Positions 48,298-60,424 of a DNA stretch of 64,000 nt are shown one piece after another. Position 1 is the first letter of the stretch. Every line of letters begins with the position of its first letter. Both the position numbers and the translations under genes were made by a program. The notes under the pieces are model-generated. The model had not been told where the DNA came from and did no database searches. It saw only the letters and a list, made by a program, of their open reading frames with translations. Source of the stretch: Saccostrea cucullata (taxonomy: Eukaryota); assembly GCF_032062105.1 (NCBI RefSeq), contig NW_026933842.1, positions 434,001 to 498,000 of the forward strand, read 5' to 3'.

Positions 48298-51200
48298 TCA
48301 GCTCTTCTTTCTCTTCTTTTTCTTTTGTTTCTTGTGATCTTCTTCAGGAGTTTCTTCTTTACGATCTGCAATTATATTAAAAAAATATATATAGAAACAT
48401 ATTTTGAAATGTACCAAATAAACTGTTTCCCTGCATTCTTATTAGTATTTTTTAAACTAGAGGTACTGTCAGCACTGAGCTCACTATTAAAGTGATACCC
48501 CACCTTCTCTATGATTATAATGGCAAAGTCCATGTTTTGCTCTAGGAGACCAAAATAAGTGTCACGTTAAAAAGAATGGGAGATGCAAAGTGGCATTATC
48601 ATGATTATGTAAATAAAGAATCTGTGAAAGTATTAAATTTTGATCAGTAGTATAGGAGTAGCTGCAGATAAGAGATGGGTACCCTTCAATATACAATAAC
48701 AGAGGGAATGGCAGTGTCCATGCTTCAAAATTGCTATGGGAAATCTGATGTATGTGTCCGATTTAAAAAAAAATAGGTGCACAATAGCACTGTGAAAGTT
48801 TCATTAGATTTTATTTAGTGGTATAGGTGGAGGTGCGGATAAGAGATGGGTACCCAAAAGTGTTATATTCTCTTTAGAGAAGCCTTAATGTAGTCAAAAG
48901 CCTGTCCACTTCTCAAAGGAGAATAAAAAGCGTAACAGACAGACGGATGGATGGACATACAGACAGATGGACACAATGACATACTGATAACTATATACCC
49001 TCCCATTTTTCAAGTGAGGGGTAATTAATTGTCGTTTACAAATTATATTAAAAATGAAAAGAAAAATAACAAAATGGGCATATTTTATCTACAGTAAAAC
49101 TCAGTTATAACGAAGTCACTGGGACCTATGAAATTACTTCGCTATATCCATAATTCATCATATCCTAATAAGGAATTCATTTAATCCATATAGCTGGGGA
49201 GTCAAGATAACTTCTCTATATCTGTGTTCATACTAAGCGAGTTTTACTGTACCTTTCTTATGTTTCTTTTTCTTCTTTGATGGGAAAGTTTTGACAGGGA
49301 TATCTGAAATGGCAGAGATAGATAAGATATAAAAATCAACTTTTGTTGATAAAATAATAACAAATTTATGACACAATGGAAATTTTTACACAAACAAGAT
49401 TTCAAAAATTCCATTTATGTTCAATTTTTTATATTCCATAATATCCTGAACATACCTGCTCCAAAAGGCACATATCTCTGTTTGAGGCATTCTGGAATGG
49501 TATGTTCTTTTCTAGGAGGTGTCTGTATTGGGGGCACAGGAGGGACATCTATACTGCCAATAATCTGAAGCTGACCCCCAAAACTCCCCCCTGTAAATAA
49601 AACCAATAATACAAGCACATCATCATGGTTAACTAGCAAAATATCAGGCAAGCATTTTGAAATAAGTACAGTGTGTATTCTAATATTTTTAACACGAAAA
49701 ACATTGGATGGTCTAAATTTTATTTACACATATGAAATATACCAGAAGCCCTTTCAACAGTAAACAAACATTACTGTCTAGTTTGTGATAGAGTTAAGAA
49801 TTTTAGAAATGCTAATTTTCAAGTGCTCACAATGTTAAACATCTCTGTGGCAAAAATATGCATATCAATTTAGTACCCTATACCGGTAGTGGATTTTATA
49901 CTGTAATACATCATATTGTTGATGACTGTACACCTAGAGCTACTGAATTTAACTGGGTCTTTACAAGGTTAATAAGTTCAGTGTGTAAAAGTTTTGTTTC
50001 ATTTGAAATGTAACAATTAAAGCTAGATGCAGTATCTTGAATATTTAAACACTGCATGTTTCATTATACCCTCCTCTGAGCATCTCTTTATGTCTGTCAT
50101 ATCACACGTTACTGCAGGTATACAGATTCTACTGATCTTACTTGCACTTGATTTTATTTTTATCAAAGACTGGTATACATTGGTACATCTTTGTTTATGT
50201 GAACTGACCTTGCTGCAAACATCCTGTGGACTGGCTCCTGATCAAGGGACATAACTCAGAAGGCTGATGGGAAACAACAACATCACATTTCTGATCAGGT
50301 AAGTCAAGTTCCATAACTCCATCAGATAAGGAAACTTTATTCTTGTTTAAAGATGCTATGTCAAACTGTAATACAAAAAAATATAATAATAAAATGTATG
50401 CCTTACACTTGAATAAAAGCTGTAGAAAAAATGCATACACACATTTAGAAAATTACTTAAAAGGAAATAAAAACATACACTGAAAACGAAATAAAACTTT
50501 GATTTTAAAGTAAAAACACAAATCAGAAACTAGAGCAAAGCTCGTTGCAAAGCAACGAGAAGGTCTTCCGTCCTGTTTGACCGGAAGTAACTTTCATTTT
50601 CACAAAAATGAGTAAAAGCGTCCTATAATTGTTTAAATCCTCTAAATCTATGTTATTGAATCCAAAAATCAGCCATTTTTTGCTCTTCCGGTTTGACCGG
50701 AAGTGACGACGACGGATGGAAAATTAATTTTTATGCTCCCAGTGACAGATGTTACTCAAAAACTTGTCAAGAATGGCAAAATATGTGTTTTCCGACTACT
50801 TCCGGTTTGACCGGAAGTGGCGTCGCCGGACGTACTTTGACGACTTCAATAGATTGAGCTTGACATTTTGAACAACTTTGCTTTTTTGACATATTACAAA
50901 TTCTCAATACCTATTGAGATATAAAGGAAAAACTTTTGGCCCCTCTTGGTCCTTAAATTTAGGGGCCAGCCCTTTTTCCGAGATATCATTTGAAAGATCT
51001 TTTAATTGTGCACAAATTATGTTCTATATATTTTAACAAAATATTTTTAGTTTAGAAAATAAAAAGCAAAATATGAGTAATTTTTGGCTCTTTGAAGCGT
51101 TCTAATTTTTTACCCCTATATAGCGCCATTTTGATTAGAGAAATCGAAAAACAAAAACCGATGTGCACAACTTCAATCCTTTTATTATCTAAAATCAGTA

Positions 51201-54154
51201 GAATTTCTGCTCCAACTTAAACCGTCTCTGAGCCTTTGTCTGGAAACGAAAGCCTATAAATTTTCGTTTAAAGGGAAATAACTCAAAACCGGAAGTGGCT
51301 TTTTGAAATTTTCGACAGCATTCTGATTGAGTTCAGTAACTTCTAGTACCTCTGAAAATTTGAGAGAAATCAATTGAGAAATGAGTGAGATATGAGGCTT
51401 CAAAGTTGGCGTCTAGGAAGTAGAAAAAAAAAAAAGAATACACAATCTTTACCAACAGAATCATACAGAAAAGGCCGTTAAAACTTTGATTTTAAAGTAA
51501 AAACACAAATCAGAAATAAGTAAAATTTACTTTCTTACATCACAGGGAGCCTTGATTAACCAGAATTCTTTATTCTTTGTTAGATTCTCTGACAGAACTG
51601 GATCACCTGTGGTAGACACATCCACCTGTTGAAAGCCCTTCCTCTGAAACCTAAGAAATAATTCCAGTGTAAAATAAATATGTTCTAATACATGTATATA
51701 CATGTTACAATGTACAGCTGCATCAGCTATTATCGCCTGTGGGCATAAGTTAATTCTCAAGTAGCAAGCAGTTTAACAAGTAAAATCTTGCCAGTGAAAT
51801 GTTCAGTGCTTGTCTTTCCATAAGAGTGAAAAGAGGAGTGGAGCAGATGGTCATCCTTGGCTAGCTAGCTGCAGAGCTGTAGCTCTCCGAAAAAAATTGA
51901 TAGACCGTTGAGCTACAAAGCCACCCATTGAAAAAACTGTATATTTATTGCGCACAAAAACGTGCGCTGTTTCTCGGTTCATTTCTCCATGTTTTTCAAA
52001 CTGTCACATCAAAATGATATTAACCGTATGATCCTTACATATTCTTTCACTGATTCCACAACAAATCATTCCCTGTAATTGTTTTTAATAACCCTCTAGG
52101 CCCTCAAACTGAGATAACCGAAAATTTCGTCCATTTACACTGCCACGTTTGTTTGCAAGATAATTCGGTCTAACGCGCTTCGTGCAGATGTCAACTATGA
52201 GAGTATTTGATAGAAAAGTAAGGAATTTTTGTAAAGTTAGCTTTTTTGCAATGAAGGCAAGAATTTGGAAGAATTAATCCAGAACCAAGCGCAAATTTTT
52301 TGTTATCAATAAATATACAGTTTTTTCAATGGGTGGCACTGTAGCTCTCCAGTCTGTCAATTTTTTTTCAGAGAGCTACAGTTCTGCAGCTAAGATACAC
52401 CACAACTGGAATTTGAAAAGTTTTGTTTAACTTCAACAAATGCATAGTGTTTACCTAAATTTGTGGAGCTGTGCTGCTGCCTGCATCTGTTGTGTGGGCT
52501 CTCCTTCACTTTCCTCAGAATCATGATCACCAGAACTCACTAATCTAGAATCTTTGTTGACATCATCTCTATTATCTCTAGAGTTACACATATCATCTTT
52601 TTTCCTTTTCTTCTTACTGGACACAGAACTGTCCCTACTGTCACTTTCTGTCTTTTTTCTCTTCTTTGGAGAGAACACATGACTGGTGTCAGAACTATAT
52701 GCTCCATTTATATCTGTCACAGATTCACTCTCTGGATGTTTATGCTTTTTCCTCTTTTTTGGAGAAGTAACCTCTTCCAGCTCTTCTATCTGTGAAAGAG
52801 AGATATTGTCCTCTTTCCTTGAGGGTGGCATTTCTACAGATTTCTTGTCCTGCTTTGATTTTCTTTTCTTGCTAGATGACATTCCAGAATCAGGAGACTC
52901 AAGACAAGCTGTTTTTGCTGAATTTTGTGTTTTTACATCATCTACCATGAATATAAAATGAGCAAATTTAATGTAAACAATATTCTAATGGTAAAAACAT
53001 ATCATCAACACCTCAACTGGGTTTATATATAAATATGTAGACCTATAAATGGTCAATGCTGTTCAGCTTATTCACAAAAAATCTGCAAGCAAAATCTTGT
53101 CTTTTAATCGAAATGAGTGAGGAGACCAGACTGGGATTCAAACCCAGCCCCCCCGAACCTCCAGTCAGTTGCTCTTCTAATTGAGATATCTGGCCATCGG
53201 CAATCTGACTCATCTGACCGCCACATACTGTATACAGGGTTATTTTTGCCCTTCTTAGGCTTCTGCACCTGTGACCAATTTTGCCCAGTTTTAAATTTGC
53301 TCTAGCTTCGGTGGTTCTGTTTAAGAAATTATACTGTTTTCTTTGAATTTGCACTGTTCTAAATTGGCCAAAACATGAAGGGGGCAAAAGGGGCGAAAAT
53401 GAAACGTAGCGAAAATTTCCATGTATACAGTAATGATTAAACTTTGAAATAAGAATCAAAGCCAATTTAATGACCCTGTTCCCAATGCAATGAACATGAT
53501 GAAGCCTGAATTTCTCCCATAATTCAAGTAAAAATTCCAACTTGGAATTAGATTGGTTATTTCAATACTCATTATTAAACTGTCAAGATTTTTTTTTCAG
53601 TAAATATTTCTGCAAACTCCAAATTTTCTTTAATATGATACAAGTACTGTTTTAATAACGAATTTGATATCCCCAACTTACCTTCAATTCATAGGACCCG
53701 GCCTGGCCTGTACGACAAGGATCAATTGAGCCACTTCATTATATGGAATTTTTAAAAATTAATTTGCATATTGCTCACCTATGTCATTTGTTGTTTTGCT
53801 GTTGTATTTTCTTTGTTTTCTCTCTATTTTTCTTGATATCTTTCCAGCAATTCTCAGAATATCACTGGTAATAACATCCTCATTCTCTAGAAAAAAAAAA
53901 ACAAAACTGGACAGATTAATAACTTATGAGGTGCAAAATAAGTTATTTTTGGAGTTTCTTTTCTCTTTCTTGTCCATTTGGCCAAATTGGGTAAACTGAC
54001 GTGCTGAAGAGTTGGGTATTCCATTTGCATCCTGCTCTTAATTTCGCAATCAGTAGAGACCTTGAGATTTATGCACACATACAAATATGATTTTTTTTAA
54101 TTTACAGATCCAACAACATTCACCTGATAACACTGCTTGATTTGAAAGTTGCAT
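48298..54154 (-). CDS. POLR1G: RNA polymerase I subunit RPA34/PAF49-like protein (about 382 aa)
   Basis: Exons 54154-54124, 53886-53779, 52941-52455, 51650-51539, 50365-50209, 49590-49456, 49303-49253, 48365-48298 (1149 nt, in phase). A34 core KEFWLIKAPCDFDIASL...IPECLKQRYVPFGA and K-rich tracts. The two 5'-most exons are less certain. Confidence 0.75.
48455..49025. mobile_element. Helentron-associated (HINE-like) element
   Basis: Begins AAACTAGAGGTACTGT, has internal repeated GATAAGAGATGGGTACCC blocks and a (GACA/GATG) microsatellite, and ends with the hairpin ACCCTC..GAGGGG. Confidence 0.6.
49090..49251. mobile_element. TA-flanked MITE inserted into a POLR1G splice donor
   Basis: TA|CAGTAAAACTC...GAGTTTTACTG|TA. 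The right TA is positions +2/+3 of the exon 7 donor. Confidence 0.75.
50527..51440. mobile_element. Helentron-associated element with CCGGAAGT-rich interior
   Basis: Starts AAACTAGAGCAAAGCTCGTTGCAAAGCAACGAG (hairpin), with repeated TTCCGGTTTGACCGGAAGT palindromes. The other end is truncated in an A-rich tract. Confidence 0.6.
51866..52392. mobile_element. MITE with ~85-bp TIRs and TA ends
   Basis: TAGCTGCAGAGCTGTAGCTCTCCGAAAAAAATTGA...CCACCCATTGAAAAAACTGTATATTTATTG and its near reverse complement at 52307-52392. Confidence 0.85.
53121..53195 (-). mobile_element. tRNA-derived SINE-like head (degenerate)
   Basis: The minus strand reads GGCCAGATATCTCAATTAGAAGAGCA..GGGTTTGAATCCCAGTCTGGTC, with A/B-box-like motifs and broken stems. 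Confidence 0.55.
53227..53432. mobile_element. TA-flanked MITE (CTGTATAC ends)
   Basis: TACTGTATACAGGG...TTTTTGCCC ... GGGGCGAAAAT...CCATGTATACAGTA. Confidence 0.7.
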
Positions 54155-54399
54155 GTACAGTTTTTATCTCTGAATGATGAATCGAATCTGGGGGTCTGGG
54201 GTCACCAAAATATCTTTGTTAAGCTAAGAAATGAGAAACATTAAATGCTAAACATGTAAAACAAAACATAAACAACAAAAAATTATAAATCTGAACAAAA
54301 ATAACCCAAATGTGAGTGAACTAAAGGCATATTATAAAATAAAAGTGTATACACGTGCCCTTACCTCTTTTTCCACTCAACACAGGAACACCATATCAC

Positions 54400-54640
54400 T
54401 ACGGTAAATGAAAAGTGGAGAAGTGTATATTTTGATTTCCGGAAAAATATTTAAGTTTTACCAAATTAAAAATGAAAATAAAAAGAACATCAACTGAAAA
54501 TTACTTCATTTATTTTAAGAAAGTTTATTTCAACAGGTCCGAGCAAAAGAATTACATTCATTTTTTAATCAAGAAAATCCGTTATTGAATTTTGGTTTTC
54601 CATTTAGTATACCTTTGTTATTTTCCGGTGAAAAGAGAGA
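54400..54640. promoter_or_regulatory. Putative bidirectional promoter shared by POLR1G-like and REXO4
   Basis: Divergent non-coding first exons, with donors GAG|GTAAG (- strand, 54365) and TAG|GTAAA (+ strand, 54672). ETS-like TTCCGGAA (~54437) and TTCCGG (~54622) lie between them. Confidence 0.55.
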
Positions 54641-55735
54641 TAGGAAGAAAACGTGTTTCTTGAGAAATTCTAGGTAAAAATATGAATTTTAGTGCAGATT
54701 CTGCATATTTCTTCTAACATAAGCCCAGTAGACTATAAGTCTTAGATAAGAAAATGCACAACTATACAAGAACAACAATAACGAAGCCATTCCTTTGTTA
54801 AGGTCAAGATCTAGTAAATAACTTTAGACTAATTTTTTGGTGCTAGTTCCATTATGACGTCATAATCAGTTTCAACTTTCTTTTTCCCGTACTTTACGGC
54901 TTTAGCAGAATTATATAGAAAAAAGGGTATTTTCATGACATTCAATTTGAAATCATAGGAAAAGTAAAACGGATACCTATATTAGATTTAATATTGATTT
55001 AAAGAAGAGGCCACGAACATACTAATTACTGTTTTCTGAGAGACTGTAGGCAATCTGGATAGATTTCATCTGTCCGATTATGAAAAATCTCCCATATTCA
55101 TTACTGGTTTTCTTAATTTTTCATTGAAAATGACAGTTTAAAATACAGTTTTTAATCTTGTTTACCTACATATTATGCCCCGAAACACCTAATTTGACCA
55201 AGCTAAAGTTGTAAAGCATCAATATAGGAATTTATTTCTCAAATTTGATAGATCTGTAGGCACCTTTCATTTACTAGATCTTGACCTTAAAAGGATCATG
55301 TATACACAAAAAATCAAAAAGTTCAACACATATGTTCAAAGCAAAACGATTATACTGCATTTGGCTAATCTACATATTCGCCCCAGCCTGTTAGGTGTGA
55401 CGGGGAAGGGGGGAATAAATAAAGATGGTATTAGGGTATAACATGTGTTTGAAGGTCTATAACAGTTTGCAGTACATGTATGGGTTGTTTTCTTTTCCAG
55501 ATGGTTCAAGCCAATAGTTACCAGTTTGCCCAATTAATCTGATGGAAAATCTTTTTCGATGAAAAATTATTTTTCATATTGGTTATTTTTTGTAGTATAT
55601 GCATAAAAATAAGCGAGCCCTCCCGGGGACCCAATTGAATTTCAACATCATTTTTTGACCGTTTAGTAAAAGTGAATATAAAAGTAAAGTAAAACCATAT
55701 TTCACATTTTCTGAAACTACTTCTGATTTTAGAAT

Positions 55736-58700
55736 ATGAAGAGGAAAAGAACTGTCCAAGAAGGAGATGTAAATGTCAGTGTTTCAAAGAAAATAAAGAC
55801 CATTTCAAGTTGTCAACAAAGCAGAGATGTAAAAGACAAGGGGCAGAGAAAAAACAGGGATAAGAAAAGAAAGAAAATAAAGCCAGGTGACAATGAATCA
55901 AATAAAAATGAGAAGTTGTGCAAAGAAAAAGTTACACAAGGAAAAAGTAAGTCTGGTAATCCAAGCATAAACACTGTACAGGCAAAACAAAATGACAAAG
56001 GACATTCCAAAGCAAGGTCACCATTAAAACAGAAAGCAGATAAGGAAAGGATTGTCAATCTAGACAAAGTTGACAAATTAAAGGACAATGCTAGCAAACC
56101 AACAAATAGTGAGAATTCTGGAAGCAAAGAAAACAGTTACACAGGAAAGAAAACAGGCAAAAAATTAAATAAATGGCAAAGGTTTAAAGCAAAGAAAACT
56201 AAGGTTAAAAATGCCAAGGTGAAAGGCCATACAGAAAAGCAGAATAAACAAGAAACTGGTGATGCCCCAGTGGATGTTCCTGTGAACAGTGTAGAAATTT
56301 CATCAAACTGGAAAAAACTTCAACAGGTACTGAATATGATTTTAAATTGCAGTGATAAATAAAAGTTAAATAGAGAGATTCAAAGTGACCCTAGATATGT
56401 TAATGCTTGATAAACATCACAAATTCACTTGAATTTGAGTTTTATGAAGAGACCTACTTCTACAAACGACGACCAACTTCTGCTTTTTAAACAGAGACCA
56501 ACTTCAGTTACTATAATGTAGAAGTCAGCTGTCAAATGTAAAAGTAAGTCTCTTCATAAAACTCCATTTGGAGGAAATATGAATGTTCCTCTTTTCAAAC
56601 AAGAAATACATTTAATAATTAAAAATATTTTTATTTTTGTGCAGATGAATTTATAATTGTGATTTTATTTCCTTAGTTTTTTTTAACATATACATGTATA
56701 TTTACTGGCCTCTTTATTAATTATTTTCAGGATCTAGGACTCAATAAAAACCAAAAGAAAAATAAACATGTAAATACCAAGAAGAGAGAAACTGAAGATG
56801 AAGAGAAGTAAGTATACACAATTTTAAAAAATAATAATAAATTCAGACATAAACAGATGACCAGTACTTCTTAAAAATGAAATTTGAAGTAGATTTAATT
56901 TGGTTACCAGGTTTGACCATTCATCAGGAATTGGTAATGAAAAACACCTCTGGTCAAAATACTGTAGATCACTAAATTTTCGCGACACCTTATTTTCGTG
57001 AGATTGTCATTGACTCTTTGTAAGCGAGACAAAATTTTCACGAATAGTTGTTATTCCTCTATATAATCATAAGGAATACTTTTATACGCGAGAATTAAAT
57101 TTTCGCGAACGCATTGTCTCGCGTAGTTACGCAAAAATTAAGTTCTCCTGGATAAAAAGTGATTTACAGTAGTCAATGAAATAAGTGTACTCACAATGAG
57201 TTGTTGATCTCTTTATGTCATGTGGTTTACAAGTTAATAGATCCAGACCTGATTGAATACTACACAGTGTCGATCACTTGTGAGAATCCTCCAACATCTT
57301 TGAAATCCCATTCTGCATTGATATAATGTAAACTGTAACTTGTTTTTTTCTTTTATAGGGAACCAGAGATTTGGTTTGATGATGTGGATGAGATTTTACT
57401 GGATCGCAAAACTGCAGTACCAGAAAAGTGTACGCCTACCTATAATCCCCTAGTCAAGACGGGTTCGTATGGAGGGTATGTTGCTAAGTCATTTAATTAC
57501 TCTAGCTAAAAATGATTGCTATCTTTTTAAATGGTGCTTTATACAGAAGCTTTCATTTTGTTTCACTTATTCAGAAACAGTGTTAATATGTGTTTTAACA
57601 AGAACTTAAATAATATGTAAGACCATTTCAATAACTGAGTATGCCAGTTTTGTTGATTGTTGCTTAAATTAGTATAATTATGTATAATACTGCCCAGGTA
57701 ACAGTATGAGCAGCAAGTATAAATGTGCTATTAGATATCTTTCTTAAATTCAAAATAATTTTTATTATATTAAAGTTTGACAAAGATTTTGGCTATGGAC
57801 TGTGAAATGGTGGGGGTGGGGCGGGACGGAAGAGAGAGCATGCTGGCCCGAGTGTCCATCGTGAATCAGCACGGTCACTGTGTGTACGACGAATTCGTCA
57901 AACCCATGGAAGACGTGGTGGACTACCGGACGAAGGTCAGCGGCATCCGGAAACAGGACCTAGAGAAAGGTGAGGGGGAAATGAAATAATAGCATAAATA
58001 ATCATTATTAAATGTTAAATTACATATATGTTCATTCACATAAAGCATTAACATTTGATTAACAAAAAATGTTACAGAAAGAAAATTAAAATGTTTATTT
58101 ATTTGGGTAAAAAAAAAAAATGTATTAAGTGATTTATATCAGTAAAAATATTAATAATTCACATACATCTAATTCTTCTATTTATTAGATTATTCTCTTG
58201 CTGAAGTAGACCGTAGAGTATACGTATAAACTTGTATATGTATATTTTGATATGAAGTGCATGCCTACCATGATAATAAAATTATTCTTTGTTCTTCAGG
58301 CAAAGAATTTCCTGTTGTCCAAAAGGACATCAGCAGCATGATTAAGGGGAGACTACTGGTTGGACATGCCATTCACCATGATTTACAGGTTATTGATTCA
58401 AATCAAAATGATTTGTAAATTGAGAAAAGAGAGAATTGAAAGCATACATTGCATCATTAAAAAAAATTGCATTAACAAAATTATTTTATTTACTGCATTA
58501 AAAATTCTGTGAAAATGATAACACTTATTTTGCTGGATTGCAGGTACTCTACATAAGTCATCCCAAGAAACAAACTCGGGACACGTCTCGCTATAAATAC
58601 TTCCGTCAGTTGTATAACGGGAGAACGCCCTCCCTGAAGAATCTGTCAGCCCGGGTCTTAGGGGTCAGTGTACAGGAGGGGGAACACAGCTCTGTGAGTA

Positions 58701-59766
58701 TGAACTTTATGTGAATCATTCTTTTTAGTAGCCTCACTGTTACTGCATGTTTCTGTTTTTGCCTTTCATATTTGTTACAATTTCTTTTTGAAAGGTGGCA
58801 TTCAGGGGACATTGAAAAATATATGATAATCATTTTTAATACCATAGATTAAAATCATCATTTTTATCATAAAATTTTATCGTTACATGTAATTTACCAT
58901 TAACATTTTTCTCTAGTAAAATGCACAAATATGAAACAGCTGTTTAAGTATCTGGTAATTTTTATTTCAAGTTAAAATTGTAAATTTAGATTTTAAAAAT
59001 ATGTATTATAAGTTAAAAAAATAAACGAGGCCTATGTCAATAAATTGATAAAATTTTTCATGCACATTAGATTACAGAGTATACAAATTTAAATAAAAGG
59101 CCCACAGCAAAAAGACTCCTTCTTTTCATTGACAAGTTTAAATATAAAATGAACTTTTCTGTCATCAAAGACAGCATTCAACATTATGAAATCCCAATGC
59201 AAATTACCTCAGTGTATGTTTTGCACAAGAGAAAAGTTTTGAAATAAAAAGAGCTTATCTATCATTTGACATAGATCCCAATGCAAATAACCTCTATTCT
59301 GTTTTACATAAGAGCAAGATAAAACACACACAAACACAAACTCTGATGTGAGGGGATTATAATCTCACATGGGTAGGCTTAGAAAACACATTTCACTTGC
59401 CAAATATTGCAAATACATTTTTCGTTTTTTAAAAGCACCATATATATATGTGAGTCGTTTTAGCAGAATATACAATTTTATTGTTTGTTGATTATGTGGA
59501 CATTAGATGACAAAAATGTGCATACATGATTTCTATTTTATTTTGTCCTGGTATTATTTTAGGTACAAGATGCTCAAGCAACAATGAGACTTTACACTAT
59601 GTATAGAAAACAGTGGGAAAAAGACATAAAAGGGAAAACCAAACCAGGAAGACAGGAAAAATTACAGAAAAAGACAGAGAATGGTGAAGGAAAACAGGAA
59701 AAAGTTATCACAACGCAGGATAAAGTGAAAAAAATTATACCAGCTTCATTACTAGAGAACGATTAA
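55736..59766 (+). CDS. REXO4: RNA exonuclease 4 (DEDDh), 473 aa
   Basis: Exons 55736-56326, 56731-56807, 57359-57475, 57776-57969, 58300-58388, 58544-58693, 59563-59766 (1422 nt). Motifs [78 protein letters not shown]. Confidence 0.95.
56960..57171. mobile_element. TA-flanked MITE related to 31284-31486
   Basis: TACTGTAGATCACTAAATTTTCGCG ... AAAAGTGATTTACAGTA. Confidence 0.7.
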
Positions 59767-60027
59767 TAGTTAAGCATTCACAGAGATTTTCAAGTGCGTG
59801 GCATAAAATTTAAGTGTCAAAATGCTGTCAAATGTGTGCTTGATATATGTACATGTGCAATACAAGTTTAAAGTTGATTTAAATTTGAGATTTATCTTGA
59901 TCATGGTCAGCAGGTTTGTAAAGCACCATTGAATTACAATAACACACATTTTTCAGTGGAGAAAGGAAAAAATAAAATCCTTGACATAACAATGCAGTTG
60001 TAGTATTTTGACCAGTTTATATTTTAA

Positions 60028-60424
60028 AGCAATATGAGCTGCAACTTTGATGTCAGAATTTTTTGTTGCAAAATTGTAAATAACTTTTCAATGACCTAAA
60101 AAAAGTAATGTTTATAAACTTCTGTTGTTCATATTTGCGATGGAAGAACTATGTACAGGGTTATGTATTTTCGCCCTTCTGCACTTAATTTTGCCCCATT
60201 TTAAATTGATAGTTTTGTTTAAGAAATTATGCTGTGTCACATTATTGTCGTCCTGTACAATAATCATTTCTTATATAAATCTGGTTATTAGTTTGTATAT
60301 AGAAGTTTTTCTTCTGCTTTATTTTAGTCTCATTGATCAGAAAGATTTAAGTTACATACAAATTTTATCACAATACCACATTTTAACAGCAAAATAATAT
60401 TTTCAAAAATGCAGCCATATTGCT
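60028..60424. mobile_element. Complete ~400-bp MITE with TTAA TSD (Kolobok-like AG..CT ends)
   Basis: TTAA|AGCAATATGAGCTGCA ... TGCAGCCATATTGCT|TTAA. Further termini at 222, 29911, 46541 and ~60572. Confidence 0.8.

Noticed and set aside
53121-53195. Functional tRNA gene
   Set aside because: D and anticodon arms do not pair properly and the boxes are mutated; better explained as a SINE-like remnant.
53043-53540. 165-aa ORF in a POLR1G intron
   Set aside because: Runs through a MITE and a SINE-like fragment; no protein-like features.
55813-56127. Hydrophobic antisense ORFs here and at 52686-52961 and 27630-27854
   Set aside because: Reverse-complement shadows of Lys/Glu-rich coding exons.
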